A stretch of DNA of 64,000 bases from contig JBDUBL010000001.1 of assembly GCA_040004125.1 (NCBI GenBank), positions 3,850 to 67,849 of the forward strand. The letters run 5' to 3'. Of the stretch, positions 19,344 to 33,349 are shown in pieces. Source of the DNA: Actinomycetota bacterium. Lineage in GTDB: Bacteria; Actinomycetota; UBA4738; HRBIN12. Each line of letters opens with the position of its first letter. Position 1 is the stretch's first letter. The position numbers were made by a program, and so were the translations under genes. Below the pieces are notes generated by a model, which was given only the letters and a program-made list of their open reading frames with translations, made no database searches and was not told the origin of the DNA.

Positions 19344-22300
19344 CTAGCCTGCGGAGCCCGGGCTCGCGTGCCACAAGCGGCGCCCCGACGTGGCGGCCGT
19401 GGGCTGGATCGGGTCGCCCATCGCTTGGCGAAGGTGGCCATCGCGCCGGGCCTCCTGAAGGGCCACGAGATCCCAGACGTCTTCGGCGATCACGCTGACC
19501 CCTTGCTTGCCGGTGCGGCGTAGCTGTCCCCAGACCGCCATCGCGTAGGCATGGAACACCGTGCGCGCCACCTTGTGCTGCACCGACGGGAAAACGGTGA
19601 CCTCGATGGGCCCCGTGGCGTCATCGAGCGAGACGAAGATGATCCGTTGGCCGCTGCGCACCGCCGGAGTCTGCGAGGCGATCTTGACCCCGGCGACCAT
19701 GACCCACTCCCCTTGACGCTTGCGTGGCAGGTCGGCGGCCCGCGTGACGCCGAGATCCTGCAGGAGCGGCTCGTAGAAGCTGACGAGGTGACGCGTGGCG
19801 TCCATGCCGAAGACATCCAGCTCGGCGCGCACCACCTCGGCGTCGCTGTAGGCGGGAAAGAAGTGGCGCGGCGCGGCGGTCTCGGTGATGGTGAGCTGAT
19901 CGCCTTCGCGCGGCGCCGCGACCGTGATCGCCTCATACAGGTGGGAACGACGCCCCCCGGGCAGCGCATCGAACGCGCCGGCGTGCGCCAATGCCTCGGC
20001 AACCGGTCGCGACACCGTGGTGCGCCGCAGGAAATCCCCCACGTCGGCGAACGCACGCTCGGCACGTGCGATCAGGATCGAGCGGATGTCGGCCGCCGCG
20101 ATCCCGTGCACATCCTGCAGACCGATCCGGATCCCCAAGATGTCGTCGGCGGTCTCTTCCGTGACGTACTCGGGCTCGCTGCGATGGACATCGATCGGCA
20201 AGATCGGCACCCCGGCCCGCCGAGCGTCATCGAGCAGCAGACGCCGCGGATACATACCCGGATCATGGGTCAAGATCCCGGCCAGGAACTGCGCGCGGTA
20301 GTGGGTCTTGAGCCACGCCGAGCGGTAGGTGGGCACGGCGAACGCGGCCGCATGCGCCTTGCAGAAGCCGAAGCTCGCGAACTGCGAGACGTCGTCCCAG
20401 GTCTGTTCGGCCGCAGCCGGGTCGACGCCCCGGCCGATCGCGCGCGCCAGGAAGTCTGCGCGCAGCGCGGGCAGCATCGCGTCATCGTCCAGATGCCGGC
20501 GCACGTGATCGGCGTAGGTGAGGTCGTAACCGGCGAGCGCCGCGAGCGTGCGGATCACCTGTTCGTGAAACACGATCACCCCGAAGGTCTCCTGCAGCGC
20601 TGGACGCAGATCGGGGTGCGCGTAGGTCGGGCGTTCGAGCCCGGCGCGCCGAGCGATATAGGGGCGGATCATGTCGGACTTCACCGGGCCCGGGCGGAAC
20701 AACGAGATGTCGACGATCAGGTCCTCGAACCGTTCGGGCTGGAGCTTCTGGAGCAGCTCGCGCTGCCCCGGCGACTCGATCTGGAAACAACCGAGCGTGT
20801 CGGAGGCGCGGATCAGCTCGAACGTCGGCTCATCGTCGAGCGCGATCCGGTCGAGGTCGACCTTCTGGCCGGTGGTGCGGGCGATCTCGTCGATCGCGTG
20901 ACGCATCGACGAGAGCATGCGCACCCCCAGGATGTCGAGCTTGAGGTAGCCGAGCGCCTCGACGTCGTCCTTGTCGGCTTGGATCATGCGATGCCCGCCG
21001 GCGCTGCGCTCCAACGGCACCCGCTGCACCAGGTCGTGGCTGGCCAGCACGATGCCGCACGGGTGCAACGCGATGTGCCGCGGGAACCCGTCGAGCCGCT
21101 CGGCCACCCGGAAAAGCAGGTCGAGCTGGCGCATCGGCAGCTGGAGCCCCTGCAACTCGGGCAGGTGCTCGAGGCCCTCGCGCAGGTCGCGCGCCGAGAT
21201 GTGCGGGAAGGCCTTGGCGACGACACCGACCTCGACGTCGGGCAGACCCAGCGCCTTGCCGACCTCACGGACCGCCGAGCGCGCCCGATAGGTGTCGACC
21301 ATCGCGACGCACGCCGCCCGTTCATGGCCGTGTCGCGAAAGGATCATGTCGTAGACGTCCTCGCGGCGGGCGGACTCCACGTCGATGTCGACATCGGGCA
21401 GTCCGTCGCGCATCGGGTTCAAGAACCGCTCGAAAGAAAGATCGTGCCGAAGCGCATCGACGTCGGAGATGCCGGTCACCGAGCACACGAGCGATCCCGC
21501 GGCACTGCCGCGGCAGGCCGCGAAGATGCCCATCGTCTTGATGTCGGCCACGATGTCGGCCACGGTCAGGAAGTAGGCCGCGTACCCCATCTGCCGGATC
21601 ATCGAAAGTTCCAGATGCATGCGGGCGCGCAGACGTTCGTCGTCGCGCAGACCGCGTTCGTGGACCCCGCGCCAGCAACGCTCGGCGAGCACGGCGTCGG
21701 GGCTTCGGCCGCCCTGCGTCGGAAAATCGGGGAAATGCACCTGCGCGAGCCCCAGATCGAACGAGACGCGCTCGGTGATCGCCAGGGTTCGGTCGCAGAG
21801 CTGTGGCCGCTCGGCGAACAGCGCGCGCATCGCGTCGGACCCTTTGAGCCAGCCTTCGGCGTTGGTGCGCGTGATGTTGGACGACGCGATCGGCACGATG
21901 CGGCGCATGCACTCCAACGCGTCGGCCACGAACGCGTCCGCCTGCCGCAGGTAGCGCACGGGGTTGGTGGCGACCGCCGTAGCGTCGAGCCGGTCGGCGA
22001 AGCGCAGCATCGCGCGGATCTCGGTGTCGGAGCCGGCCTCGACGCGATGCTCGACGGCGATCACACAGCGCTCGGCGCCGAACGCCTCGCGGTAGGGCCC
22101 GGCCAGCGACGCGGCGGCATCGAGACGGCCGGCGGCCGCGAGACGTCCCGGGTGGGAGCGCGGTCCGAGCAGCACCGTCAGCCCGGCGGCGTGTGCGCAG
22201 ATCTGCTCGGTGGCGACCCAGGGATCGCCGCGCTCGCCGAGCAGGTGCGCATCGGTGAGCAACCGGCACATGTTCGCGTACCCGGTCGCATCTTCTGCCA

Positions 22301-22565
22301 GCAACACGACGTGCGCACTTTGTTGTCCCCGCCCACCCGGCGACGGCGCGCGCACGGTGAGCGACGCGCCCAGGATCGGGTGGATACCTTCGCGCTGACA
22401 CGCGGCGACGAACCGGACCGCGCCGTAGAGCCCGTCTCGATCGGTCAAGGCGACCGCCGGCATCTCCAGCTGTGCGGCGTGCGCCACGAGCTGCTCGGGC
22501 GTGAACGCGCCTTCCTTCAGCGAAAAACAGGAGCGGACATCGAGGTGGGCGAAGGAGGAGGCCAC
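19344..22565 (-). CDS. dnaE2: error-prone DNA polymerase III alpha, DnaE2 (ImuC)
   Basis: PHP domain (FAHLDVRSCFSLKEG), polIII alpha core and OB fold. Start set at the GTG at 22565 (VASSFAHLD), just after the stop of the small upstream ORF. Confidence 0.9.
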   Translation of the reverse strand: MASSFAHLDVRSCFSLKEGAFTPEQLVAHAAQLEMPAVALTDRDGLYGAVRFVAACQREGIHPILGASLTVRAPSPGGRGQQSAHVVLLAEDATGYANMCRLLTDAHLLGERGDPWVATEQICAHAAGLTVLLGPRSHPGRLAAAGRLDAAASLAGPYREAFGAERCVIAVEHRVEAGSDTEIRAMLRFADRLDATAVATNPVRYLRQADAFVADALECMRRIVPIASSNITRTNAEGWLKGSDAMRALFAERPQLCDRTLAITERVSFDLGLAQVHFPDFPTQGGRSPDAVLAERCWRGVHERGLRDDERLRARMHLELSMIRQMGYAAYFLTVADIVADIKTMGIFAACRGSAAGSLVCSVTGISDVDALRHDLSFERFLNPMRDGLPDVDIDVESARREDVYDMILSRHGHERAACVAMVDTYRARSAVREVGKALGLPDVEVGVVAKAFPHISARDLREGLEHLPELQGLQLPMRQLDLLFRVAERLDGFPRHIALHPCGIVLASHDLVQRVPLERSAGGHRMIQADKDDVEALGYLKLDILGVRMLSSMRHAIDEIARTTGQKVDLDRIALDDEPTFELIRASDTLGCFQIESPGQRELLQKLQPERFEDLIVDISLFRPGPVKSDMIRPYIARRAGLERPTYAHPDLRPALQETFGVIVFHEQVIRTLAALAGYDLTYADHVRRHLDDDAMLPALRADFLARAIGRGVDPAAAEQTWDDVSQFASFGFCKAHAAAFAVPTYRSAWLKTHYRAQFLAGILTHDPGMYPRRLLLDDARRAGVPILPIDVHRSEPEYVTEETADDILGIRIGLQDVHGIAAADIRSILIARAERAFADVGDFLRRTTVSRPVAEALAHAGAFDALPGGRRSHLYEAITVAAPREGDQLTITETAAPRHFFPAYSDAEVVRAELDVFGMDATRHLVSFYEPLLQDLGVTRAADLPRKRQGEWVMVAGVKIASQTPAVRSGQRIIFVSLDDATGPIEVTVFPSVQHKVARTVFHAYAMAVWGQLRRTGKQGVSVIAEDVWDLVALQEARRDGHLRQAMGDPIQPTAATSGRRLWHASPGSAG

Positions 22566-22575
22566 GGCGCCCGCC

Positions 22576-22821
22576 TTAGTCCCACAAGCGTTCCATGTGC
22601 CACAGATCCCGCTGCCGATCGAAGTAGAGGTCCCACACCGCGCCGCCGCGGGCCTCGACACGCCAGTACTCGCGGTCGCGCCCGTCGGCCCACCAGCGCC
22701 CCTCGATCCTCCACTTCCCGATCACGTCGGCGACCTCGTATCGGTGCCCCCGCCATTCGAACGCAGCCGGTAACCCGGCGTCGCGTTCGACCCGAACCTC
22801 CTCATCGAAGCGCTTCGTCAT
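22576..22821 (-). CDS. small (81 aa) Trp/Arg-rich protein, first gene of the SOS-regulated dnaE2-dinB operon
   Basis: C-terminal part of ORF 22576..23631 from the internal ATG (MTKRFDEEVRVERDAGLPAAFEWRGHRYEV...GKWRIEGRWW...WDLYFDRQRDLWHMERLWD). Its stop is 10 nt before the dnaE2 GTG. A LexA box lies ~35 nt upstream. Confidence 0.5.
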   Translation of the reverse strand: MTKRFDEEVRVERDAGLPAAFEWRGHRYEVADVIGKWRIEGRWWADGRDREYWRVEARGGAVWDLYFDRQRDLWHMERLWD

Positions 22822-22855
22822 CCCCGGTCGTACCTCGCTCCTCACCCCTTCGGAA

Positions 22856-22871
22856 TCGAACGTATGTTCGA
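22856..22871. promoter_or_regulatory. LexA (SOS/Cheo) box TCGAACGTATGTTCGA in the divergent intergenic region, overlapping the DUF402 start codon
   Basis: Perfect match to the actinobacterial TCGAAC-N4-GTTCGA consensus. It sits ~35 nt upstream of the small-ORF/dnaE2/dinB operon. Confidence 0.7.
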
Positions 22872-23607
22872 GGGGAGGATGAAAGTACTCCTCAGCTGTG
22901 ACATCCGTCAAGACCGTCATCGAAGCTCTTCGGGCGGCGGTAGGCTCGATGCCATGGGGGGAACACAACACGGCGCGGGCGAGGTCGAGGGCCTCGCGCC
23001 GTTCGTCCCCGGCGACCCGGTCGCGATCCGCGAGATCTGGAACGGCCGCGTCTGGTATGCCCGCCCGGCAACGGTCGTGCGCGACGAGCCGAACCTGACG
23101 ATGCTGCTCGTACCGCCGCATGTGCGTGCGAAGGAACCGGTTGACGCGACGGGCGAACCTCTCCGGATCCCGACGACGGACTGGGGCTTCCGCGACACCG
23201 ATCGGGGCGACACGTGGAACCTCTCCTTCGCCTTTCCCGACACCCCGTACTCGGTGATCATCGGGTTCGAGGCCTCCGGCACGCTGCGCGAGTACTACAT
23301 CAACCTGCAGACGCCGCTCGTGCGCTCCCCCGCCGGCTTCGACACCGTCGAGCACCTGCTGGACGTCACGATCCCACCCGATCGCAGCACCTGGGCGTGG
23401 AAGGACGAAGATGAGCTTGCCGAGGCCGTCGAGCTCGGCTTGTTCACCGAAGAAGACACCGCCTGGTTCCGCTACTGGGGCGAGCGCGCGGTCGAGCATG
23501 TGTTGCTCCGGGAGCCGCCCTTCGACGAGGATTGGATGGACTGGCGACCCGACCCCGCATGGCCCGAACCGGTCCTGCCCACCAACTGGGATCTGGTCCC
23601 GGTCTGA
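22864..23607 (+). CDS. DUF402 domain protein (FomD-like nucleotide hydrolase family)
   Basis: YYINLQTP...FDTVEHLLDVTI...DEDELAEAVELGLFTEEDTAW resembles DUF402. Preferred over the antisense N-terminal extension of ORF 22576..23631. Confidence 0.6.
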   Translation: MFEGRMKVLLSCDIRQDRHRSSSGGGRLDAMGGTQHGAGEVEGLAPFVPGDPVAIREIWNGRVWYARPATVVRDEPNLTMLLVPPHVRAKEPVDATGEPLRIPTTDWGFRDTDRGDTWNLSFAFPDTPYSVIIGFEASGTLREYYINLQTPLVRSPAGFDTVEHLLDVTIPPDRSTWAWKDEDELAEAVELGLFTEEDTAWFRYWGERAVEHVLLREPPFDEDWMDWRPDPAWPEPVLPTNWDLVPV

Positions 23608-23690
23608 GGCTGGTTGGCACCACCTCCCCACGCCGGCCCGCCCGGGGCGTAGTATCCGGCCGTCCTTGCAGCCCAGAGGAGGGTTGGGTT

Positions 23691-24572
23691 ATGTCTGGTT
23701 TCGACAATGGTGGCGCGGCTCCCCCGCCGCCACCCCCACCGAGCGCCGGAGGCGGCGGTGCGATCCCGCAGCGCGGCCTCGGCGACATCCTGACGACGGC
23801 GTTCGAGCTTTACCGCGCGAACGCCGCCAAGCTGATCACGATCGTCGCCATCGTGGTCGTGCCGCTCACGTTCCTGATCGCGTTGTTCACATCGATCCTG
23901 TCGAACAACGTCGAGAAGGTCGCGAGCTCCGTGACCGTCGATCCGAACACGGGTCAGATCTCGGTCTCGGGCGGCACGACGCTCGGCACGAGCTTCGCCA
24001 ACTCGATCCTGCTGCTGTTGTTGACCTACCTGTTGTCGTACGTCATCCAGTACCTGTTGACCGGCGCGCTCACCCGTGGTGCGGCCGGATCATTGCTCGG
24101 TCGTCCGGTCGACGTGAAGGCGAGCTACAGCTACGCGTTCTCACGCCTCGTGCCACTGATCGGGCTCGCGATCCTAGTGGGCCTCGTCGTCGCCGGCGGT
24201 CTCATCCTGTTGATCATCCCGGGAATCATCTTCGCGGTGTTCCTCTCGATGGCGGTGCCTGCGTTCATCGTTGAGCGCCTGGGCGTCACCGCGTCGATGT
24301 CGCGCTCCTGGAATCTCGTGAAGGGCGCTTGGTGGCACACGCTGGGTGTGATCGTGGTCGCCGGCATCATTGCCGGGATCGTGACGAGCATCCTGCGGGC
24401 GATCGGCGGCGATACGTTCATCGGGACGTGGATCATGTCGGCCATCGGCCAGATCATCACCGCGCCGTTCGTCGCGCTCGTTGGCGTGGTCTTGTACGTC
24501 GATCTTCGGTCGCGTCACGAAGGGCTCACGGCAGACCAGCTCGGCGCACAGCTGGATTCCGCACAGGCATAA
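23691..24572 (+). CDS. membrane protein of unknown function, Gly/Pro-rich N-terminus with ~5-6 TM helices
   Basis: Internal ATG (MSGFDNGG) preceded by AGGAGGG. Multiple TM helices. The upstream ORF extension is GC-rich run-on. Confidence 0.55.
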   Translation: MSGFDNGGAAPPPPPPPSAGGGGAIPQRGLGDILTTAFELYRANAAKLITIVAIVVVPLTFLIALFTSILSNNVEKVASSVTVDPNTGQISVSGGTTLGTSFANSILLLLLTYLLSYVIQYLLTGALTRGAAGSLLGRPVDVKASYSYAFSRLVPLIGLAILVGLVVAGGLILLIIPGIIFAVFLSMAVPAFIVERLGVTASMSRSWNLVKGAWWHTLGVIVVAGIIAGIVTSILRAIGGDTFIGTWIMSAIGQIITAPFVALVGVVLYVDLRSRHEGLTADQLGAQLDSAQA

Positions 24573-24589
24573 CGGCAACCGTCTCGACC

Positions 24590-24615
24590 GAAGGCGCCCC
24601 TCCGGGGGCGCCTTC
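24590..24615 (+). terminator. GC-rich hairpin GAAGGCGCCCC-tccg-GGGGCGCCTTC (11-bp perfect stem) 18 nt after the membrane-protein stop
   Basis: Perfect inverted repeat read from the sequence. No T-tract, which is common in high-GC actinobacteria. Confidence 0.4.
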
Positions 24616-24664
24616 CGGCGTTGCGGGCTCGGCACCCCGACGGCCGGTGTGGGAACCTCGGGCG

Positions 24665-27132
<2,468 letters not shown>

Positions 27133-27139
27133 GCGCCCG

Positions 27140-28186
27140 GTGACGACCGTCCGCATCCTCGGTGTCGTCGCCGCGGTCGCCTGTCTGTTCCTGGCCGCAC
27201 GCGCATACGATCGGCGACGGATCAGCCGCTTCAGCCTGCTGATCGTCGCCGCGCTGGTGCTTGGAACGGTGGTGCTCGCCATCAGGCCGTCGGTCTTCGG
27301 TCCGTTGTTCGAGTGGTTCGACGTCGCACCCGGCAACGAGCGCCGCGTGTTGTTCGTCGCGATCCTCGCGATCATCGTGCTGTTCTTCCTGATCGTTCGC
27401 GTGCAGTCCGAGGGCGACACGAACGAACGCATGATCCGGCTGCTGGTCGAGGCGCTGGGCCGTGAGCGGTTCGACTGGGATCGGGCGGCGGCGCTGCCCG
27501 AGGGCCGGCGTCTGGTCGTCGTGCTGCCGGCGTTCAACGAGGCCGACAACGTCGGCCCGGTCGTCGCGTCGCTGCCCCCGCAACTCGACGACCTGCGGGT
27601 GATCCCGGTCGTCGTCAGCGACGGCAGCGTCGATGCGACGGCCGCGCGGGCGCGAGCAGCCGGCGCCCTCGTCACCGAGCTGCCGATCAACCGCGGCGGC
27701 GGCCTGGCGCTTCGGGTCGGCTACGAGATCGCGCTGCAGCTCGGCGCCGAGATCGTGGTCACGATGGATGCCGACGGGCAACACCGAGCCGAGGAGCTGC
27801 CGGTGATGATCGCACCGATCCTGGACGGGACCGCCGACTACGTCAGCGGCTCTCGGCTGCTGGGCGACTTCGAGCGCGACAGCCTGATCCGTCACATCGG
27901 CGTGCATCTGTTCTCGCGGATCGTGTCGATCCTGACCGGGCGACGGATCACGGATCCGTCCAGCGGTTACCGGGCGGCTCGCGCAGACCTGCTGCAGCGC
28001 CTCGTGCTCGAGCAAGACCAGTTTTGGACCAGCGAGATCTTGATCGAGGCGCTGCGACACCGCGCCAACGTCGTCGAGGTCCCGATCACGATCGTGGCAC
28101 GCGCGAGCGGCATCTCGAAGAAGCCCGCGTCGCTGCGCTACGGCTGGAACTTCTCGAAGGTGATCATCCAAACCTGGCTGCGATGA
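27140..28186 (+). CDS. GT2 glycosyltransferase with an N-terminal 3-TM domain, DPM1/ArnC/GtrB-like polyprenyl-phosphate sugar transferase type
   Basis: LVVVLPAFNEADNVGPVV, VVSDGSVD and TMDADGQH motifs. GTG start 7 nt after the sqdB stop. Confidence 0.8.
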   Translation: MTTVRILGVVAAVACLFLAARAYDRRRISRFSLLIVAALVLGTVVLAIRPSVFGPLFEWFDVAPGNERRVLFVAILAIIVLFFLIVRVQSEGDTNERMIRLLVEALGRERFDWDRAAALPEGRRLVVVLPAFNEADNVGPVVASLPPQLDDLRVIPVVVSDGSVDATAARARAAGALVTELPINRGGGLALRVGYEIALQLGAEIVVTMDADGQHRAEELPVMIAPILDGTADYVSGSRLLGDFERDSLIRHIGVHLFSRIVSILTGRRITDPSSGYRAARADLLQRLVLEQDQFWTSEILIEALRHRANVVEVPITIVARASGISKKPASLRYGWNFSKVIIQTWLR

Positions 28187-29993
28187 ACGCCGCCGGGGTG
28201 ACGATCTCGACGCCTGCCGGATCGGACACGTTCGACGCCGCATCGCGCGCACGTACGGAGTAGCTGTATGTGCTCGCAGGAGCAGCGGTCGTGTCGGTAT
28301 ACGCGGTGTCGGTCACGATGGCGAGCAACACGCCGTCACGCTTGACCGTGTAGTCCTCGACGCCTCGGTCATCCGTCGCATCGTCCCAATCCAGCGACAC
28401 GGTGTTCGCATCGGGCGCGAGCGCGGTGAGGTTGGGCGGCGCATCCGGCGGCGTCGTGTCGGGCGCCTGCGAGGTGGTGACCGTCACCGCATTCGACGCG
28501 GTTGCATGTCCCGATGCGTCGCGAGCCCTGACGGTGTAGTCATAGCCCGTGTTCGCCGCAAGGCCATCGTCGGTGAAGCCCGATGTCGACGCGGGCAGCG
28601 TGGCGATCGCGACGCCATCGCGCACCACGACGTAGGAGGTCACGCCGATGTCATCGGATGACGCCGTCCACGACAGGTCGACCGAGGTCGAGGACGTCGC
28701 AACGGCGTCGAGCACCGGCGCGCTCGGCGGATCGTGATCGACCGGCAGGCTGCAGGCCCGCGTTGCGGTGTCCAGCACCGTCCCGCCGGCGGTCATGAAG
28801 GTCGTCTGCGCCGTCCCCGGCGACAGCCGCAGACGCAGCGCCCCGAACTTCGTGTCACTCCAAGCATCCATCCGCGGCGGCGTGGCAGACATCTTGTACA
28901 GCGACATCCCGCCCGTGCCCACGACGTATTGGGTTGGGCCCGACGCGTCTACGACGCCGTCGGCGTCCATCGGCTTCCATCGCTCATAGCGATGCTGGTG
29001 GCCGCTGAGCACGACGTCCACCCCTTCATTGGCCAGGAGCCGCCACATCGGAGCGAGACGCGCGTCGGGGGCGGCGCCGGCCGAGTACACGGGGTGGTGG
29101 AAGTACACGAGTGTGCACGCAGGCGCGTCGTGGAGGTCGTTCACCAGCCAGTCGAACTGCGCGGTGCCACGCGCGACCTGCGCGAACTCCTCGGTCGAAT
29201 CGAGCGCGATCAGGTGCCACGCACCGACGTCGAACGAGTACCTGTGCGGCGGATCGCCCCAATAGTCGCGATAGCCGGTGGCGGAGGGATCGTCGGTGTA
29301 CTCGTGGTTCCCGGGGACGGGATCCGTGATCGAACGGAACCGGGAATACCACGTCGATCCGCCGCCGTACCAGTTGCGGAACTCCGTGAAGGTTCCGCGT
29401 TCATAGACGTCGCCCAGATACAAGAAGACATCCGGGCTCCATGCCGCGATCCGGTTCACGACGGTCTTGGACACACCTCGTCCTGCCGCGCCGTCGCCCA
29501 CGGCGGCGACCGTGAAGGTGTCTCCGGGGCTACCCGGGGGCTCATACGCGGAAAAGGGTGCCGCGCTGGACCCGCCAGCAGCATTCTGGAACACCGCGCT
29601 GACAGGGGTCTTGGCCGACATCCACCACTTCGGCCCATTCTTGATGATGGCCCGAGCGCTGAGGGTGTGCGACCCGTCGGCCCACCGGTCCGTGGGGATC
29701 ACCACGCTCCAGGGGTACGCCAGATCGCTCGCAAGGTACTCCGAGCCGAGGAACAGCTGAACCGTCCGCACGGTGTGCACGGGCGTGACGGAGACCGTGA
29801 CGAGCACGGTGGTCTCCCCCGACAGGGTGTCTCCCGGCGCCACGCCGTCGATACACACGGTCGCAGTGAACGCCGCAGAGGGCGGAGCCGACGTCGCGCA
29901 GGTAACCGCGCCGGCACGCGGAGCACCCGCGACCGACGCCGCGGCGATCATCGAGAGTGCCACGGAGGCGAGGGATGCGCGACGAGTCATCAC
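28164..29993 (-). CDS. secreted calcineurin-like metallophosphoesterase (purple acid phosphatase-like) with two C-terminal fibronectin type III domains
   Basis: Signal peptide. GDxY...GNHE...GHQH metallophosphoesterase motifs. Two FN3-like repeats (DTTPP...LDWDDATDD...YSVRARDA). Confidence 0.8.
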   Translation of the reverse strand: MMTRRASLASVALSMIAAASVAGAPRAGAVTCATSAPPSAAFTATVCIDGVAPGDTLSGETTVLVTVSVTPVHTVRTVQLFLGSEYLASDLAYPWSVVIPTDRWADGSHTLSARAIIKNGPKWWMSAKTPVSAVFQNAAGGSSAAPFSAYEPPGSPGDTFTVAAVGDGAAGRGVSKTVVNRIAAWSPDVFLYLGDVYERGTFTEFRNWYGGGSTWYSRFRSITDPVPGNHEYTDDPSATGYRDYWGDPPHRYSFDVGAWHLIALDSTEEFAQVARGTAQFDWLVNDLHDAPACTLVYFHHPVYSAGAAPDARLAPMWRLLANEGVDVVLSGHQHRYERWKPMDADGVVDASGPTQYVVGTGGMSLYKMSATPPRMDAWSDTKFGALRLRLSPGTAQTTFMTAGGTVLDTATRACSLPVDHDPPSAPVLDAVATSSTSVDLSWTASSDDIGVTSYVVVRDGVAIATLPASTSGFTDDGLAANTGYDYTVRARDASGHATASNAVTVTTSQAPDTTPPDAPPNLTALAPDANTVSLDWDDATDDRGVEDYTVKRDGVLLAIVTDTAYTDTTAAPASTYSYSVRARDAASNVSDPAGVEIVTPAAFIAARFG

Positions 29994-30013
29994 CGCATCC
30001 TAACGACGCGGTC

Positions 30014-30757
30014 TCAGCCTGGCTTCGGCCGAACGTATGAACGTTGGAGGTTCTTGGCCACGGTCCGCTCGCGGCGGAACTTCTTCCAGTCGCTGCTCTT
30101 CGTGCTGAGGGTCACGTCGGTGCCGATCTGGATCGCCCCGACGGCGAGCAGCGCCCACGCGGACCACATGGGCGCGTTCGTGCTGGGCCACAACGCCAAC
30201 GCGACGAACGGGGCAAGCTTCGTCGCGATCGCGCCGCTGGCATGGAACCACGCCCGCATCGACGGCTCAGCCTTCAGATAGGTGGCGTAGTCGGTCTTGA
30301 TCCCGGGTCGAGGGGGCGGGGGCCCGCCGAGGAAGGCGTCGGTGTAGCGGATGCCAGCGAGCCATCCCACGAACGCGTGGGCCGGCAGGTGCCACCCGAT
30401 CGACCATGCAACCCCGGCGCCGAGGAGGGCGAGTCCGGCCCACGCATCGGTCCAGGTCGCGGCCAAGGCAACGCCGACGACGCCGGCGGCCGACAGCACG
30501 AGCATCCCCACGACGCCGATCCACGGTCGAACACGGGTTCGGACGCCGGCGCGGAATGCGGCTGTGTCGATCCGCCCTGCCTGGTCGGCATGGCGCACGA
30601 TCGCCGCCCGATCGCGCTTGATCGCTCCGATGACCTTCCAGAAGCCGAGGGACCGCAGATCCCGGTCGCCGGCGGCCACCGCGGCCTCGATCCGTTCCAG
30701 GTCCACGCCCATCTGGGCGATCGCCGCCTGGTCGGGAGTTGGTCGCAGCGGTTCCAC
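30014..30757 (-). CDS. hypothetical integral membrane protein
   Basis: ORF with several TM helices. No recognisable family. Confidence 0.45.
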   Translation of the reverse strand: MEPLRPTPDQAAIAQMGVDLERIEAAVAAGDRDLRSLGFWKVIGAIKRDRAAIVRHADQAGRIDTAAFRAGVRTRVRPWIGVVGMLVLSAAGVVGVALAATWTDAWAGLALLGAGVAWSIGWHLPAHAFVGWLAGIRYTDAFLGGPPPPRPGIKTDYATYLKAEPSMRAWFHASGAIATKLAPFVALALWPSTNAPMWSAWALLAVGAIQIGTDVTLSTKSSDWKKFRRERTVAKNLQRSYVRPKPG

Positions 30758-30835
30758 GGTCCGGCCCCTCCTCGGGTCTAGGATTCGATTCGACGCGCTC
30801 CTCCCTGGAACGAGCGCTTCCCCGATGGGAGGTCG

Positions 30836-32722
<1,887 letters not shown>

Positions 32723-32725
32723 GAC

Positions 32726-33349
32726 CTACGTCTCGAGCTCGGCGCCCGGACTTTCCTGATAGCTGTAGCGCTCCTCGGCGAAGGGCTCCGCGTGGATGTG
32801 GTAGCCCCGCACCTCCCAGAAGCCACGGACGTTTTTAGCGGCGAACTCCAGGCCGGTGAGCCATTTCGCGCTCTTCCAAGCGTAGCGTTTCGGAACGACC
32901 AGACGAAGCGGCCAACCGTGGTCGGGCGTGAGGTCCTCGCCGTCCTTGCGCCAGGCGACCAGCACGTCGTCGCCGGCCATCGCCTCGAGTGACAGGTTGG
33001 AGGTGTAGCCGTGGGCGCAGTGGGCGATCACCCATTTCGCCTCGGCGGTGGGGCGTGCCATCTCCATCAGCGTTCGAAACGAGACGCCCTCCCAGTCGTT
33101 GTCCAGCTGGGACCAGCCGGTCACACAGTGCATGTCCGCATGGACCGTGGTGCTCGGCATCGCGCGCAGCTGCTCGTAGGACAGCGTGAAGGGCTCCTGC
33201 ACCAACCCGTAGACGTCGAGATCCCAGTTGGCGCCGTCGAAGCTCGGCACCGGCCCGTAGTGCAGGACCGGCCACGTCTTGACCAGGCGCTGACCCGGTG
33301 GCACGCGATCGGCGATCTCGGGCGGGTAGTTCTTCTGGAACAGACTCAC
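32726..33349 (-). CDS. sulfite oxidase-like molybdopterin oxidoreductase (small YedY/MsrP-like form)
   Basis: Mo-binding core HCVTGWS, plus WRKDGEDL and [23 protein letters not shown] start in a GTGA overlap with the ltaE stop. The longer ORF N-terminus is run-on. Confidence 0.7.
   Translation of the reverse strand: MSLFQKNYPPEIADRVPPGQRLVKTWPVLHYGPVPSFDGANWDLDVYGLVQEPFTLSYEQLRAMPSTTVHADMHCVTGWSQLDNDWEGVSFRTLMEMARPTAEAKWVIAHCAHGYTSNLSLEAMAGDDVLVAWRKDGEDLTPDHGWPLRLVVPKRYAWKSAKWLTGLEFAAKNVRGFWEVRGYHIHAEPFAEERYSYQESPGAELET

Noticed and set aside
19551-22901. 1116-aa plus-strand ORF antisense to dnaE2
   Set aside because: It is antisense to a clearly conserved polIII alpha (PHP and core domains). 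Its translation is D/R/G/H-rich with no motifs. This is the classic high-GC antisense open frame.
22822-23631. N-terminal 270 aa of minus-strand ORF 22576..23631
   Set aside because: Only the last 81 codons look protein-like and sit behind the SOS box. The upstream part is antisense to the DUF402 gene, which has a recognisable domain.
28734-30281. 515-aa plus-strand ORF antisense to the FN3 metallophosphoesterase
   Set aside because: It is antisense to a signal-peptide-bearing, motif-rich secreted enzyme. Its translation is low-complexity.
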